This document shows positions 24,843 to 37,727 of a stretch of DNA of 64,000 nucleotides, piece after piece (the first letter of the stretch is position 1; each line of letters begins with the position of its first letter). The DNA comes from Phoronis australis (taxonomy: Eukaryota > Animalia > Phoronida). The position numbers were made by a program, and so were the translations under genes. The notes under the pieces are model-generated. The model worked only from the letters and a program-made list of their open reading frames with translations, did not search any database and was not told where the DNA came from. The stretch is from contig NMRA01000583.1 of the NCBI GenBank assembly GCA_002633005.1, positions 62,001-126,000 on the forward strand, in the 5' to 3' direction.

Positions 24843-27800
24843 CTGTAAAAGGGGAAGCAAACTTGAAAGGACGCAATGAACAATGGTGGAGTAATGACAA
24901 AAGCTGTGACGGTGGATTAAGTTTGGGGATTCGTTAATGAACTGTACAAGATAGAGCAATTTGTACACTCACCCTAAGCCTTGGACACACTAACAACAAC
25001 ACTTAGGAGACACATAAAGTTGCAGACTTTCAAAGCAACATAAATGTATCAGTGATGATTATGTGGCCCTCCCCAAGGGTTAGAAACAAAGGGATGAACC
25101 CCATGTGGCTTTATACATTACATGGCACTGATTTGACACCAAGACACAGTTTTGCATTGTTTAAACAATACGGAAGTGACCCATTTCCATGAGAACTTTA
25201 CTGCTGTTCAAATCAGCCACCTTAACAGTCATTTAAGCAATGTTATGATTTGGAAAAGTTAGAACTATGGTAGAGTAGTGTATAACATCAATGCTTGTGC
25301 AAGTCAAATCAATAACTAACGCCCAGGGCAGGCACAGAGGCACATGGTTGTACACTGACACCACCATCAGGGAACATTCAACACACAATTCTTCAGTGTT
25401 CTGATGGGCCTAATTGAAAGCGACAGTTTCTTTCATGTAGGGACATTTCCAGACACAGATTTTTGCGTGACCCACCCGTTCAAAAGTGTTGAACATTGTC
25501 CAACAACTGCATTAGCACACCATTTAGCGGCAAGATGAAGAGACAATGACTTTTTTGTTTTCAAAAAAACAACAACAAAGAAATCACTTTTAGGAACATA
25601 AAACTATACAATTTCCCCTTTTGTAAATCAGCAAATAGTTTTGATATTTCTGTGATATACATTGATTTTTTTGGTATGGAACGTTTTCACGGCTAACTAG
25701 TTCTAGTCATAACGGTGACCAAAACTATGTTAACAAATGTGAACTGGCTTTACACCAAAACAGCTAACAGACCGACTACCCTTTAATTTATAAGTGGGTA
25801 TAAACCCGACTTTCATCACAAAAAAATGAGTTTTTGATTTAGATTACTTGACGTCCTGAAACAGGTCTCCAACTGCCCACTGGTCAAATTGGAAGTGACT
25901 ACAGGGTTGCAAAATAAGTGACAGTTCGTTAAAAGTTTGAGACCACCTTCTACGAGGTTGCTTCTTATAGCAGATATAACAAACTGTCAGGTCTTTGCAG
26001 ACCCAGATATCATTTCTCATCAAGAATAAGGGGAAAATCTAGACCAATTTTAAAGTGATTAAAATCAAACGTTTGGCTCTCGGATGAAACAGGGGTTTAT
26101 AGCATATTTAAAAATGCGACTCAGACACATTAAAGCCTTCTAATGTGTATTATAGGAGTTAATGCCCAGTTTACACCACCTACACTGTGAACCAATACAT
26201 TAGTTGCTTTATCCGACTTAGTGTTGCAAGGAGTGTAGACATTTACATAGATATTTGTATTAAATACTGAAACATCATTCAATCTTAATTGACACTGACT
26301 ATCTGTTCCTTTAACCAAAACCTGTGCTGGATAGTCAGTCACTGAGCAATAACACGTTGGCACTAGAGCAGGGCTCTATTTGAATTAAAACCCCCATTTT
26401 GATGCTAAAAATCTCACCTATTTGCAACGGACAAGGGAAACTAAATTTTAAAAAATTTTCATATGTGACAAGTAACATAAAATAAATGGTTATTATTTCA
26501 AAGTCCTGAACCATACCTATTAAACAAATGTCTGAAAACTGTGGGTATTCATGTACTAGAACCCTTTGAAAAATGAAAAGTGGGACAATTTTGGAACTTA
26601 CTTTTGTTTCAATTTCGGCAAGACTCTGTTGGAGCATTCAAATTTTAGGCTCTCTTAACCTTTTTATTGTTAGCACCTAATCTCTGCGTGTTTTCACAGA
26701 TGACTGGTAAGATTTTCCCAGAATGGTCAGTGCTCAGCACCAGATCAGTTTAGAGTGAAGTTTGGCTAATTCAGAATACAATAAGGTTGAAAAGATAATT
26801 TCAAAAAAAAAGTTGGAATTGAATTAAATTAACATCTTCGCATTTTCAAATCATGTAAAACAAATATAATTATCATCAGATAAAACCCATATCATAATGC
26901 AACTTTTGTGCAGCAAACTCCGCCAAGGTCACACTGAGTGGGTGGATATCACCATCTATTTCTAGCCACCCTGGATAACCAAATGAATACCCTGCAACAC
27001 TATGCACAGGAGGGTTTTCTAAAATACATTTGCTGGAGAAACTGTTGAGGCTACGTTTGTTTGGCTATTTTTGTTGTGAATTGATGTAGTAGTCTCCCCT
27101 GTCACACGCTGTGTGATCTACAGGGATGCCAACCCATTACGCACATAACCTGTAACTTTCACATTAAAAATCTGTGATTTTGCAAGTGAAAACTTGGCAT
27201 TGCATGGTTTCTAACATTTTCAGAATGTTTGAATTTCAATCAAAACATGGTGTGATGAACATCAAAACAATGTTCAAAAATGCTCAACTAAAAAAGCAAC
27301 ATAACGTAAAAACTCAGCTTGTCACATCAATGTTTTCTGGCTTTTGCTGTGGTATGGCTGATTTATTCCCTTATACCACAACCCCACTAATCTCCATGTC
27401 TCATTATAATCCTGATCCATACTGATGTTGTAGGTGCCCTGGTCATCAGCACAGAAGTCAGTGTTATGAACTTCGTTAAATTTTTTCTCAATTTTTAAAT
27501 ATAATTAAATTTCCCAGAATTTTGTCCAAAATTTCGATCCTGACATCGTAACATAATTTGTAAAGTTTAGTAAGCACGTTTCCCATTGGACACTCCTTCA
27601 CAAAGCAACTGCAATTGACCAATTGCGAAAGGGAAATTTCGTATGCATATATTGTTATGAACACTGGTACTCAGGATACACATTATTGGTCGTATCTAGC
27701 GTTCTCAACTATTTCCGCTACTTAGTGGTATTTTCTGCCTTGATCTTTGCCAATCTGGCGCTTTGAAAGGATGATGATCTTAAAAATATTTAATTTTTTA

Positions 27801-28097
27801 ACTTTCATCTGATTTTTTAAAAATATGCTCAAAATTTGTAACCTTTGAAAACCCTATACATAACAATGTTTTTAGTTTCTAAGAATATTCACCGCAATTT
27901 AAAACGTCAAACAAATTTGGTGACAGATGTGTTCAGAAATTCATTTTAATATGTAGGCACATAACAATGGCCATCAGGTTGAGCAAAATATATTGTATGT
28001 GTTCCGAAATGTGAAAGCGGCATTACCTATTTAATAGATATTTTGTCAACACCTAGAATATTCATACGACAGAAGAAAGGATAAAGCAAAGACTTAC

Positions 28098-28173
28098 CTT
28101 CAGATTTGAGTTTAGTCAACACAAAGATCAAATAATTGTTGAAATCTGGGAACTTGTTTAATGCTTCAAGTCG
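28098..28173 (-). CDS. TNPO1: Transportin exon 2, [25 protein letters not shown]
   Basis: 76 nt, ttttcag acceptor and gtaagt donor; conserved [14 protein letters not shown] motif. Confidence 0.95.
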
Positions 28174-29865
28174 CTGAAAACAAGTTAAGGTAACATTTGC
28201 ACTGTGGGCATGTCAGAGAGTCAAAAAAGTCTCACACCTTAAGTGGCACTCACATATACATAAACAAATATATATGCTAAGCCACATGATAATCCAATTA
28301 TTGGTCAATCTGAAAATAAATGTCTACAAAAGACAGTCATTCAAATTTTTCATTTACGTAAGTGGAGGCTTTTAAGCTAAGAAGCTGGTATAAAGGCAAA
28401 CATGCAAATTTTTTATTTTGTATATGTCTGTGGGTGTGTGCGTTCAATATGCAAAAAACCAAGACTAACAACAGACACTAACATCTTCAATCAAGCAAAT
28501 GGCTATAAATAACAATTAAGACCCACTAACTTGTAAATATTCCAAGTCAGTGGCAAAGGTCACACATTCACAGCTGACGTGTTCAATCCCCAACCAAGAA
28601 AATGGGTCAGCTGGTCAAAGAGAATTGATAAGAGTGTTTAAGATCTGGGTGCTGTTGTTTTTTCAAAGGCATCACTATGTTGACCTATGTGCATTGTTTT
28701 TCAAGAGCAATATGGGCAAGTTATAATGACATCACTGAATTATAGCAAAATCTAACCAAATTTATATTTCTTTATTCTCAAAGGCTTTTAGTACTGCTGT
28801 GAATATCAACAATTTTTCAACATAGGAACATAGGAAGATTGTACCTGAGAAATGAATGATAGGATTCACATTGAACTTACAAATACACTGCTTTATTAAC
28901 TGTTCTCTAAAACGCTGTTAGATGTTTTGAAAATCTTGTAACCTGCACGTAGCTTATGCGAGCTCAGGTTTTGTTTAACAACCTCGTAAAAATTTTAAGT
29001 CGCCACGCACAAATCTGGTCAAAATACTACAGAAAGATAATACATTAGAGTTGGAATTGTTTGACATGAAAATGGAAGGGCCTGTTCATGACCCCTGCAG
29101 AGATAATTCTTCTTGATTGTCTTTTTCTCCCTAAGATGGGCGGCAAGTCTGTGCAGAATATTGGGACTGAGGGAGAAACTGGTTACTATGGAACACGGAA
29201 TACGACTAAAGCAAGTGTGAAAATTGCCCATTATGGAGCGCAAAAAACACTAGATGACAGAAAAAGCTGGATCTTGGGTTGGAGCTCTAGCAGCAGCCTT
29301 GTCTGACCATTCTTCTTTAGGCCGCAACTCAATATACGTCATTTGTAGGGGCCAGGTGTACATTTCTGGAAGTGATTAACGAAGACATGAATTTAGTCTT
29401 ACGCATCCATATAATTGCTGAGAAAGGTTTAGCCAAGTGATTACCAGTTTTGTGTGAATTACTCAGAGACTCTGTTTATTTGTTTAAGTTTAGTGAGATT
29501 CTATTATTTTTCAGAAATAGTCGTGTGGAGCATTAGATCTGTACCAATCTCTACTGTCGCCTATTGGCGTGGCTGGCAGACGGGAGACCTCCCCATACTC
29601 TGTGTACGTTTCCGATTGACCTCGAGCACATTGACTGTAATGGTGTTCAGTGTTCAATTAGGTTGATGGAACAAAGGATTACTCGAAAAAAAAATTTTTG
29701 AAAGTTTATCAAAATGTTGATTATGGGAGTATTTGTTCAAGGTGAGAAGAGTTAAAAGACACCAACAGCCTCCCAATGTGTCCCCCTATGTGCAAAATTT
29801 ACTTATAGAAACATGCCTGACCATTGAGTCTATGTGAGCCATAATTTTCCAGAAAGCGTCCAGGG

Positions 29866-29944
29866 TATGGCAGTCCACTGGGACTGCGTATGGCAGTCCA
29901 CTGGGACTGCATATGGCAGTCTAGTGGGACAGCATATGGCAGTC
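29866..29944. repeat. About 3.5 copies of a 23-bp tandem repeat GTATGGCAGTCCACTGGGACTGC
   Basis: Visible directly; each unit can form a GCAGTCC/GGACTGC hairpin. Confidence 0.8.
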
Positions 29945-30257
29945 ACAATAGGCTTTATAGTGTTTGTGGCCAAAAGTGAGAACTTCACACTTCATAAAAG
30001 ATTTAATTTAAAAATGACAGTTACGAAAACATTTACTTTCTACAACAAGTCAACTTAATTCTGCCCATACCCGAAGCACTTGCCGAACTGCATATTACTA
30101 AATATGGGACAGACCATGATCGCATAAAACGAATACAAAAGTTGAAAATAATCTCTTTCTCCACAATGAAAACATCTCAATGAACTTACAATCTACTGTT
30201 TCATTTTTCCTTGTTTTTAAACTTAAGTCAAATCCCAGCCGTACACCTGCAAGAAGG

Positions 30258-31146
30258 TAGGCAATGACCATCGCCTCTGTTGGCCCGAACCAGAGGCGAT
30301 GCAGAGGCTATAGACGCTCTGTACGCCGGAAGCTTTTCGGCAAATTATGCCTCGCACCGACTAAACCATCAAAGTCACGTTGTTATAAATACCTTTTGCG
30401 CATAGAGGAACACCTGAGGAGGTTGTCGATGTGTTTAATTCCTTCCAACTCGAACAAATACTCCCATTATCAAACTTTTTCTTCGAGCAGTCCCTATTTC
30501 AGTTCCCAAAATCGTGAACTCACCATTTTTATACTGCGCACGCTCCAATTCATGACCTCAATCTTTAAATAGGCCAAAGGTGAGCCATTGCGGTCTTGTC
30601 AGTCAAATGTTCGTTTCCAAAATGCCACCACTTATACTTGTCTTTAATTGGCGTTACTTGAAACTGATTGTATTTCAATGAATTATTGTTTGTATTTGAT
30701 AAAAATAAATGCTGTTGATATGACATTTAATAGTCTTTGTGCACATATTTGACATTTTAATGTTTAACAACACGGCAAATGCACGGCTGGTTCCCGGCAG
30801 CACGTACGTGAAGGGCGGGAACTTCAGCTTTCGAAGTTCGCTGGTAGGATCGCAACTTCTGACCTTCGGCCTGGTTAAAAAAATGAAAATGTTGATTTCA
30901 CAATTTTGGGAACTGAAATAGGAACTGCTAGAAGAAAAAGTTTCATAATGGGAGTATTTGTTTGAGTTGGAAGGAATTAAACACATCGACAACCTCCTAA
31001 GGTGTTCCTCTATGCGCAAAAGGTATTTATAACCACGTGACTTTGATGGTTTAGTCGGTGCGAGGCATAATTCGCCAAAAAGCTTCCGCCGTACAGAGCG
31101 CCTATAGCCTCTGCATCGGGCCAACAGAGGCGATGGTCATTGCCCA
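30258..31146. mobile_element. Long-TIR foldback MITE family C (Mutator-like; 9-bp TSD GCAAGAAGG)
   Basis: About 280-bp inverted arms starting TAGGCAATGACC; exact 9-bp direct flanks. Confidence 0.85.
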
Positions 31147-31820
31147 GCAAGAAGGCAGAGTCAGAGAGATAACTAAACTGCAGCAAAATTGCATGTACTT
31201 TGCCTTTGGTCGTCTGCAGTGATTCATTGAAACAAAGCCATTGCTTTCATCAGATTACATTTCATGGATAATTCTGAAGCAAAAGAGTTGTGTAAATCAC
31301 ACAAACTGTAATTTGGCGACAAGTATCCCAGTGACAAGATTTAGTACTTCAGAACAATTCCGCAGAGGTAATTAATTTCAGTGAAGAACTTAGGCAATGG
31401 TCGGATGTAGCGATCCCTGATTTTGAGAATCAGGCAATCGCTGAATAATTGGCCCGTTATTCAGTGTATGAAAGTGGTTCTCAAAATCTGAGTTCGCTGC
31501 ATCCAGTGCCAACTTTTAACAATCTGTAACATTTCCAATTAAATATAACGGAAAACGTGCCAAAACGTACGATATTTAAGTTGCTAGTCAATGATAAGCT
31601 TACCAAACTTGACAAGGTAATGAATTTATTAAAAACATTAATTATCATTTATTCAGGAAGCGTGATTTGATCGTCTTTCAGACTTTCACCCCGGCGGCGG
31701 CGAGGCCAGTCAGAGAAACATTCATTTGCCTAACAGTGCTAATAAATTGGACTGATAACGAAATTAATTGTCTACAAAATTGAGATATAATACATAATAG
31801 CATTCTTAGAATTAGGATAC

Positions 31821-31919
31821 TTGTTGAACTTCTCTTTGAGTTGCTGTGTCAGGCGACTGTGATTCTTTTAGAAGTTGAATTATCTGTTGCAGTCCATCCT
31901 GATCCGGCTGCCACGCCAT
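31821..31919 (-). CDS. TNPO1: Transportin (karyopherin-beta2) coding exon 1, [33 protein letters not shown]
   Basis: Manual translation matches the transportin N-terminus. ATG at 31919; donor GTATCCT; phase 0. Confidence 0.95.
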
Positions 31920-32411
31920 TTTTTCTTTCCTTCAAAGGTAAATACGGAAACAGTCGAAGTTCGCCTGACCTTTACAAATGAAACGTATGATATAACTAGG
32001 ACTATTTTTTCATTTGATGATTTTGGAGTAATCCTTCTACTTGCAATATATGGACTTCTACGATTAGTTGACCACTGAACAGTAAAGTATTACTTTTTCT
32101 TTATTGTGACGGAAATTCCCGAATACTGGTTATAAAATCCGGTTCATTCGACAGTGTTCGACGAGACTTTCTCTTTATGTGAACCTTTGTTTTTACTACC
32201 ATAGCTATATGTGGTGTTGTCCTCAGTAAAAACAATAATGTGACCTCCCTCCCTATTTAATGACCATTCCTGAATCTTAAAGGGCATTTTTATTTGCATT
32301 TCGTTCTACACTTTTTCTCAGACCTACAAAATTTTGTTAGCGCCCCCAGCGGCAGATTGTTTGAAAACACATTTCTCTTCCGCAAATTTCTTGACAAGTG
32401 GGCTGGTGAGT
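31920..32411. promoter_or_regulatory. Probable bidirectional promoter of TNPO and FBXW9, with a candidate FBXW9 5'UTR exon donor CTG|GTGAGT at 32406
   Basis: Head-to-head genes. The FBXW9 ATG sits directly after an acceptor, so an upstream exon is needed. YY1-like AAAATGGCG overlaps the TNPO ATG; CTCF-like TAGCGCCCCCAGCGG at 32338. Confidence 0.5.
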
Positions 32412-32634
32412 AATGTAGTGTGGTATCTGACTATTTTTACTAAACAAGAACGAGCTGCAGGTCTTCACGTGAAATTGTTTGTCGACATGGTGTGGCAGGT
32501 CGCTACGCACACATTTGAGCACAGCCAACACGTAGCCTGCCAGCGACAGCGTCTGGACTAGTCATAGGCAATGACCGTCGCCTCTGCACTGGCTCTTGTT
32601 GGCCCGACCAGAGGCGATGCAGCTCCTATAGGCG

Positions 32635-33560
32635 CAGTGGCGGATCTAGGATATCACAAGCGGGGGGGCAACATTTTGTCCAGCTGTAAACATTTGCGCA
32701 AACTGAACCACGATTGTAGACGCGCATAGCACCGAATGGGGGGAGGGGGGTTTGCCACCCTCCCGCCCAGGAAATTTTTCTGTTTTTACCTCTAAAAATC
32801 AAGCAGTTTCCTTGATTCCTGAAGTATTATCCAAGAAAAAAAGGCAAAAAAAAAGAGAACGTGTCAAAGAGGAAAAACTACAAGTATCAAAGACTCGAAC
32901 TCACGACCTTGCGCATAGTGCGCGCGTGCGTTACCACTACACCACCACGATTTCACTAATAATCTTATACTAAGAGACCTACTTGTTTATGGTCCACAGC
33001 GTTTGCTTCTTTTTGTAATGCTTATTACACGTTTTGTGCCATCGATTCTTAACAAATTTGTCGTATTTAAAATAGTCTTCAAATGCCCAAAAGACCAAAT
33101 CCGTTTTTTGTGTTGGCAATAATGACGGGATTGCTTTGGAAATCGTCTTAACATAAGGTTTGACAAAGAGAGTATTGCGAGTTTCTGAGTGATTCACTAA
33201 GGCTTCAATTAAAATTCACATCTTACCAGCAGCTTCTGTTTTTTCATCGTCACTCAGGTTCCATTTTCTTTAAAAAATGAAGTAAATTATCTTCATTGGA
33301 CAGTGGAGCAGACGATGGAAACTGAGTCGTAGTGCGCAGCGCCACTGCCGGTCGAATGTGCCGTGTTCCGAATTTGACACTTGAAATTGGATTTGAGCCC
33401 CCCCCCAACACTAAAACTCACACATTTAAATCTTTTTTCATCCATATAATTTTAATTACCAAGGTTAATTAATAAACTCAACATTTCCCTACGCTCTTAC
33501 TGTTTTATTTTTTTGCGGCAGCCAAGGGGGGGCCCGGGCCCCCCCATAAATTCGCCTATG
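32635..33560. mobile_element. Non-autonomous DNA transposon (ends CAGTGGCGGATCTA/TAAATTCGCCTATG, 5-bp TSD AGGCG)
   Basis: TSD read on both flanks; a related element lies at about 51921-52086. Confidence 0.75.
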
Positions 33561-33752
33561 AGGCGCTCCATACGCCGGAAGCTTTTCGGCGAATTATGCC
33601 TCGCACCGACTAAAACATCAAAGTCATGTTGTTATAAATACCTTGTGCACATAGAGGAACACCTTAGGAGGTTGTCGATGTATTTAATTCCTTCCAACTC
33701 GAACAAATACTCCTGTTATCTGCGTTATCTACTTTTTCTTCGAGCAGTCCCC

Positions 33753-34341
33753 TGTTGATATGAGCGACCTCTACCAGTCTCTATATATATGTGTGTTGCA
33801 TAGTGGGAACACCTGTTAGTTGTAGTGTGAGCGCCAGTTAGTGAGCATCAATAAAAGCAGTGCTAGTGATCCTGAAGATCGTTCTCTATTTCACTCAACA
33901 TGGTGGCAGCGGTATTTTGACCAATCTCTGAAAGATGGCAACGAACGGCAATTTTAGACTGCCTCCACAACTGGACTTGTTGAACGCTAATCTCGCGGAA
34001 ACGTTCCGCAAATGGAAACAACAATTAAACGTGTATTTGTTGGCCAGGGGAGCGACAGGAAAACCCAAAAAGGTACAAGCAGCAATTATTTTGCATTGCG
34101 GTGGCAATGACATGATTAGTGACGCTGAACATTTCGTATATGATAATGCCAGAGACGAGGAAGATCCCGAGAAACTGTTACAAAAACTGGAGGAGTATTG
34201 TACGCCAAAACAAAATGTGGTGGTCGACACATTTCGTTTTGGCGTACAATACTCCTCCAGTTTTTGTAAAAGTTTCTCGGGATCTTCCTCGTCTAGGCGC
34301 ACATGCCAAAATGCCTATTTCACTCTGACAACAACTCAACA
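33753..34341 (+). mobile_element. Deleted Gypsy-type LTR retrotransposon: LTR 33753-33900, tRNA-Leu PBS, gag 5' fragment, partial 3' LTR end
   Basis: TG...CA LTR with AATAAA; PBS TGGTGGCAGCGG; gag-like MATNGNFRLPPQLDL...FRKWKQQLNVYLLA...QAAIILHCGG; TSD TCCCC/TCCCT. Confidence 0.8.
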
Positions 34342-35129
34342 TCCCTATTTCAGTTTCCAAAATTGTGAACTCAACATTTTTGCACTGCGCACGCCAAGAG
34401 ATATGACCTCATTCTTTTAACCAGGCCGAAGGTCAGAAGTTGCGGTCCTGCTGGCGAACTTTGAGAGCTGAAGTCCCTGCCCTCTGCGTACGTGCTGCCG
34501 GGAACCAGCCGTGCATTTGCCGTGTTGTTAAACATTAAATGTCAAATATGTGCACAAAGACTATTAAAAGTCATATCAACAGCATTTATTTTTATCAAAT
34601 ACAAACAATAATTCATTGAAATACATCAGTTTCAAGTAACGCCAATTAAAGACAAGTAGTGGTGGCATTTTGGAAACGAACATTTGACTGAAAAGACCGT
34701 AATGGCTCACCTTTGGCCTATTTAAAGATTGAGGTCATGAAGTCACATCACCTAGCGAGCACGGTAAAAATTGGAGCGTGCGCAGTATAAAAATGGTGAG
34801 TTCACGATTTTGGGAACTGAACGAGTGACTGCTCGAACAAAAAGTTCGATAACGTAAGTATTTGTTCGAAATGGAAAGAATTAAACACACCGACAACCTC
34901 CTAAGGTGTCCCGCTACGCGCAAAAGGTATTTATAACAACGTGACTTTGGTGTTTTTGGTGCAAGGCATAATTCGCCGAAAAGCTTCCGGCGTATGGAGC
35001 ACCTATAGGAGCTGCATCGCCTCTGGTCGGGTCAACAGAGGAGATGGTCATTGCCTACGTCTGGACTAGACACTACAGTGTCACTGACACTGTCAATGAC
35101 CACATACACCGTCTCTAGCTGGCCCACTG

Positions 35130-35813
35130 CACAGGCGTACTCAGCTTCTAATCGTCCCCAATACACTACATATATAATACTACAAGGTATGACACTTGGG
35201 ACAAGAAATTCGAAGGGTGCTTCACTTCAGCCGTCCATTTCAACCACAAAACTCAATTAATTTACACAAAACATGGGTTCTGCAACCCATGAACAATTGT
35301 TCTTTCTTCTGATAGCATTTACAGTGTCCTGCTGCAGCAAGTTCACAACAAATTTGCTGACAAAGCACAAAATTCTTCCCAAAAGCCAATGCGTACTGTC
35401 AGTGTGTCCCATGTGAGTCGGTACGGAATTATCCTATGAGTTACGGATGGACTGCAATTGCCAGTTTATCACGGAAGGTTACAAAATGGTCTTAGCTATT
35501 GATGTTGTGACCTTCCGTGACAAATTGGCAATTTCAGTGGGGCACATTGACAGTATGCATCGACTTTTTGGGGAGATTTTTTGCTTTGACCGCAAATTTG
35601 TTAAGAACTCGCTGGAGCATGACACCGTAAATGCTATCAGAAGAAAGAACAATTGCTCATGGCATGTTGAACCCCTGTTTTGTGTAAATTTATCGAGTTT
35701 TGTGTTTCATATGGACTGCTGAATTGGAGCACCCGTGGAATTTCTAGTTCCGAATGTCATACCTTGTACTAGTACTGTGTTTTGGAGACTATCAGAAGCT
35801 GAGGACGCCTGTG
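35130..35813. mobile_element. Palindromic (foldback) MITE with ends CACAGGCGT
   Basis: Imperfect inverted symmetry over nearly its full length; sits inside an older family C-like copy (about 35080-36640). Confidence 0.7.
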
Positions 35814-37727
35814 GCTCAGTATGGCAGTAGAGACAGTGTAGGTCCTACAGGAGCTTCATACGCCGTAAGCTCTTCGGCAAATTATGCCTCACGCCAACTA
35901 AAACAATATGTTATGTTGTTATACATGTAAGTACCATTTTAGGCCGTCAATGTCTTTAATTCCTTCCAACTCATTAAACTCCCATTACCAAACTTTTTCT
36001 TCAAACAGTCTCTCGTTCAATTCCCAAAATTGGTAACTGCCCATTTTTACACTAAGCACATCGGGATATGATGTCATGCTACTTGCTGCGCGCAGTGTTA
36101 AAAATGGCCAGTTTCCGATTTTGGGAAATGATCGAGGCACTGCTCGAAGAAAATTGTTCGAGTTGGTCAAATTAAAGACATCGACAACCTCCTAAGGTGT
36201 CCCTCTGTGCTCAAAAAGTACTTAAAACAATGTGACTTTGATGAGTGTGAGGCATCATTTGTCGAAAATCTTCCGGTGTATGAAGCTCCTATAGGAGCTA
36301 CACTGTCTACTGGGCCAGCTAGAGACGGTGGTCACTGTCTACGTCTCGACTAGACATACTCACAGTCATAGGCAGTGACCACCGTCTCTTAGTCTAGGTG
36401 GCCAATAAAGATGGTGAAGTTCCTGGCCATTTTTAACACTGCGCGCGGCAGTTGGTATGACATCACATCCCCTAGCATGCGTTACAATGGCCAGTTTCCA
36501 ATTTTGGGAACCTCCTAAAATGTCCCTCTATGTGCAAAAGATACTTATTATAACAATGTGACTTTGATTTTTTAATACGCCAAAAAGTTTCCGGGCCTAC
36601 TAGAGATGGTGGTCACTCTCTATATCTAGACTAGACATTGACCACCTTTTAGCACTGCACATCACTGGTTTTTAGTGTGTTGAGGAAGTTGCAATTTTTC
36701 CAACTTCACTCACTGGACGTACCTAAGATTTTTTTGCTGTATTCATGCTCTGGGGTGTCATGACAATTGTTTCTACCCTTGTCATGAATAATTCATGTCG
36801 CCAAAGCCAGCATTTAGAAAAGTAGCTATTGCTAAAAGCAAATGCTGTTTACTGTTAAAAACTTACAAGAAGATTAACTAAGTAAGAACAAAATCGTCAC
36901 TCAAAATTTAGCTCTACCTGTAGGAGCTACCTTTCGGTTGGCAAAACGCATGTGATGGCTATCAGCCTAGTATGGCAAAGCTAGGCTGCTGGGATCATAC
37001 ATTGACATTACTGCAATAAAGCAAATGGCTTCACTGCCTTCTCACGTTTGTAGTGCATGAGAAGTAACTATGTGAAAAAAGATTGCTCCTGTGCACTCCA
37101 GGGGTAGTCAGTTCAAGGGTAGCCATTTTCGACACATTTTTACATTATTTTGTATCTCCATGTGAATTTTTTTGTGTGAGGTTATTGGATGTTTAAAATC
37201 ACATTTTTCTGGGAAGCAACATTACCCTACCTGTCCTAAGCCCAAACGAGACTATTGCTTGTCCATCATACTGCTTGTATACTAATGGAATAGTCAAGAA
37301 GTTGACCTCCTCTTAAGAATAACTGATAGTTTCTGAAATCCAAAGATAACTTTTTGGTGAATGCGTTTACTGAAAATTGCAAAGTTGTTATTTTTAACAA
37401 ATATTTCAATATATTTCACACGGCAGTTTACTGGGTAAAGTTACGTAAATCTATGCAAGAACCTCATTAAGAAAGTTACTGTGATCACAAGCTTTGCTTG
37501 TAAATACGTGGTGATGTCTTGGGTGTTCACATGTTGTTGCAAGATTCTCATCTCTATGGAATGCATACCTAAGCTCTAAATCCTTGTACTGTTGACCATT
37601 CTATCGCCTCAGTTCCCATTGTTTTCTTTACACCTGCTCATTATTGAATTTTTCATTTGATATCTTTACCACTTTGTCATCCGATTTTTAAATTGTGAGG
37701 AACATTTTCTTCATTTGTTTATTCTAG

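Larger units (their letters stand above)
28174..31820 (-). other. Putative U12-type (minor spliceosome) GT-AG intron in transportin
   Basis: Donor GTATCCT; branch sequence TTACCTTAAC ends 10 nt before the exon; no long polypyrimidine tract. Confidence 0.8.
32565..35057. mobile_element. Family C element (opposite orientation to the 30258 copy) carrying nested insertions
   Basis: Same arms and core as 30258-31146, interrupted at 32635-33560 and 33753-34341. Confidence 0.8.

Noticed and set aside
25052-25135. GTGATGA...CTGA C/D-like pattern on the plus strand
   Set aside because: Antisense to the host gene, with a poor terminal stem and no recognisable guide.
30264-31124. Paired similar ORFs (RRSVRRKLFGELCLAPTK...) on opposite strands
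   Set aside because: They are the inverted arms of the family C MITE, with no recognisable domain.
33895-34302. Minus-strand ORF sharing a peptide with the gag ORF
   Set aside because: A product of the hairpin inversion, not a second gene.
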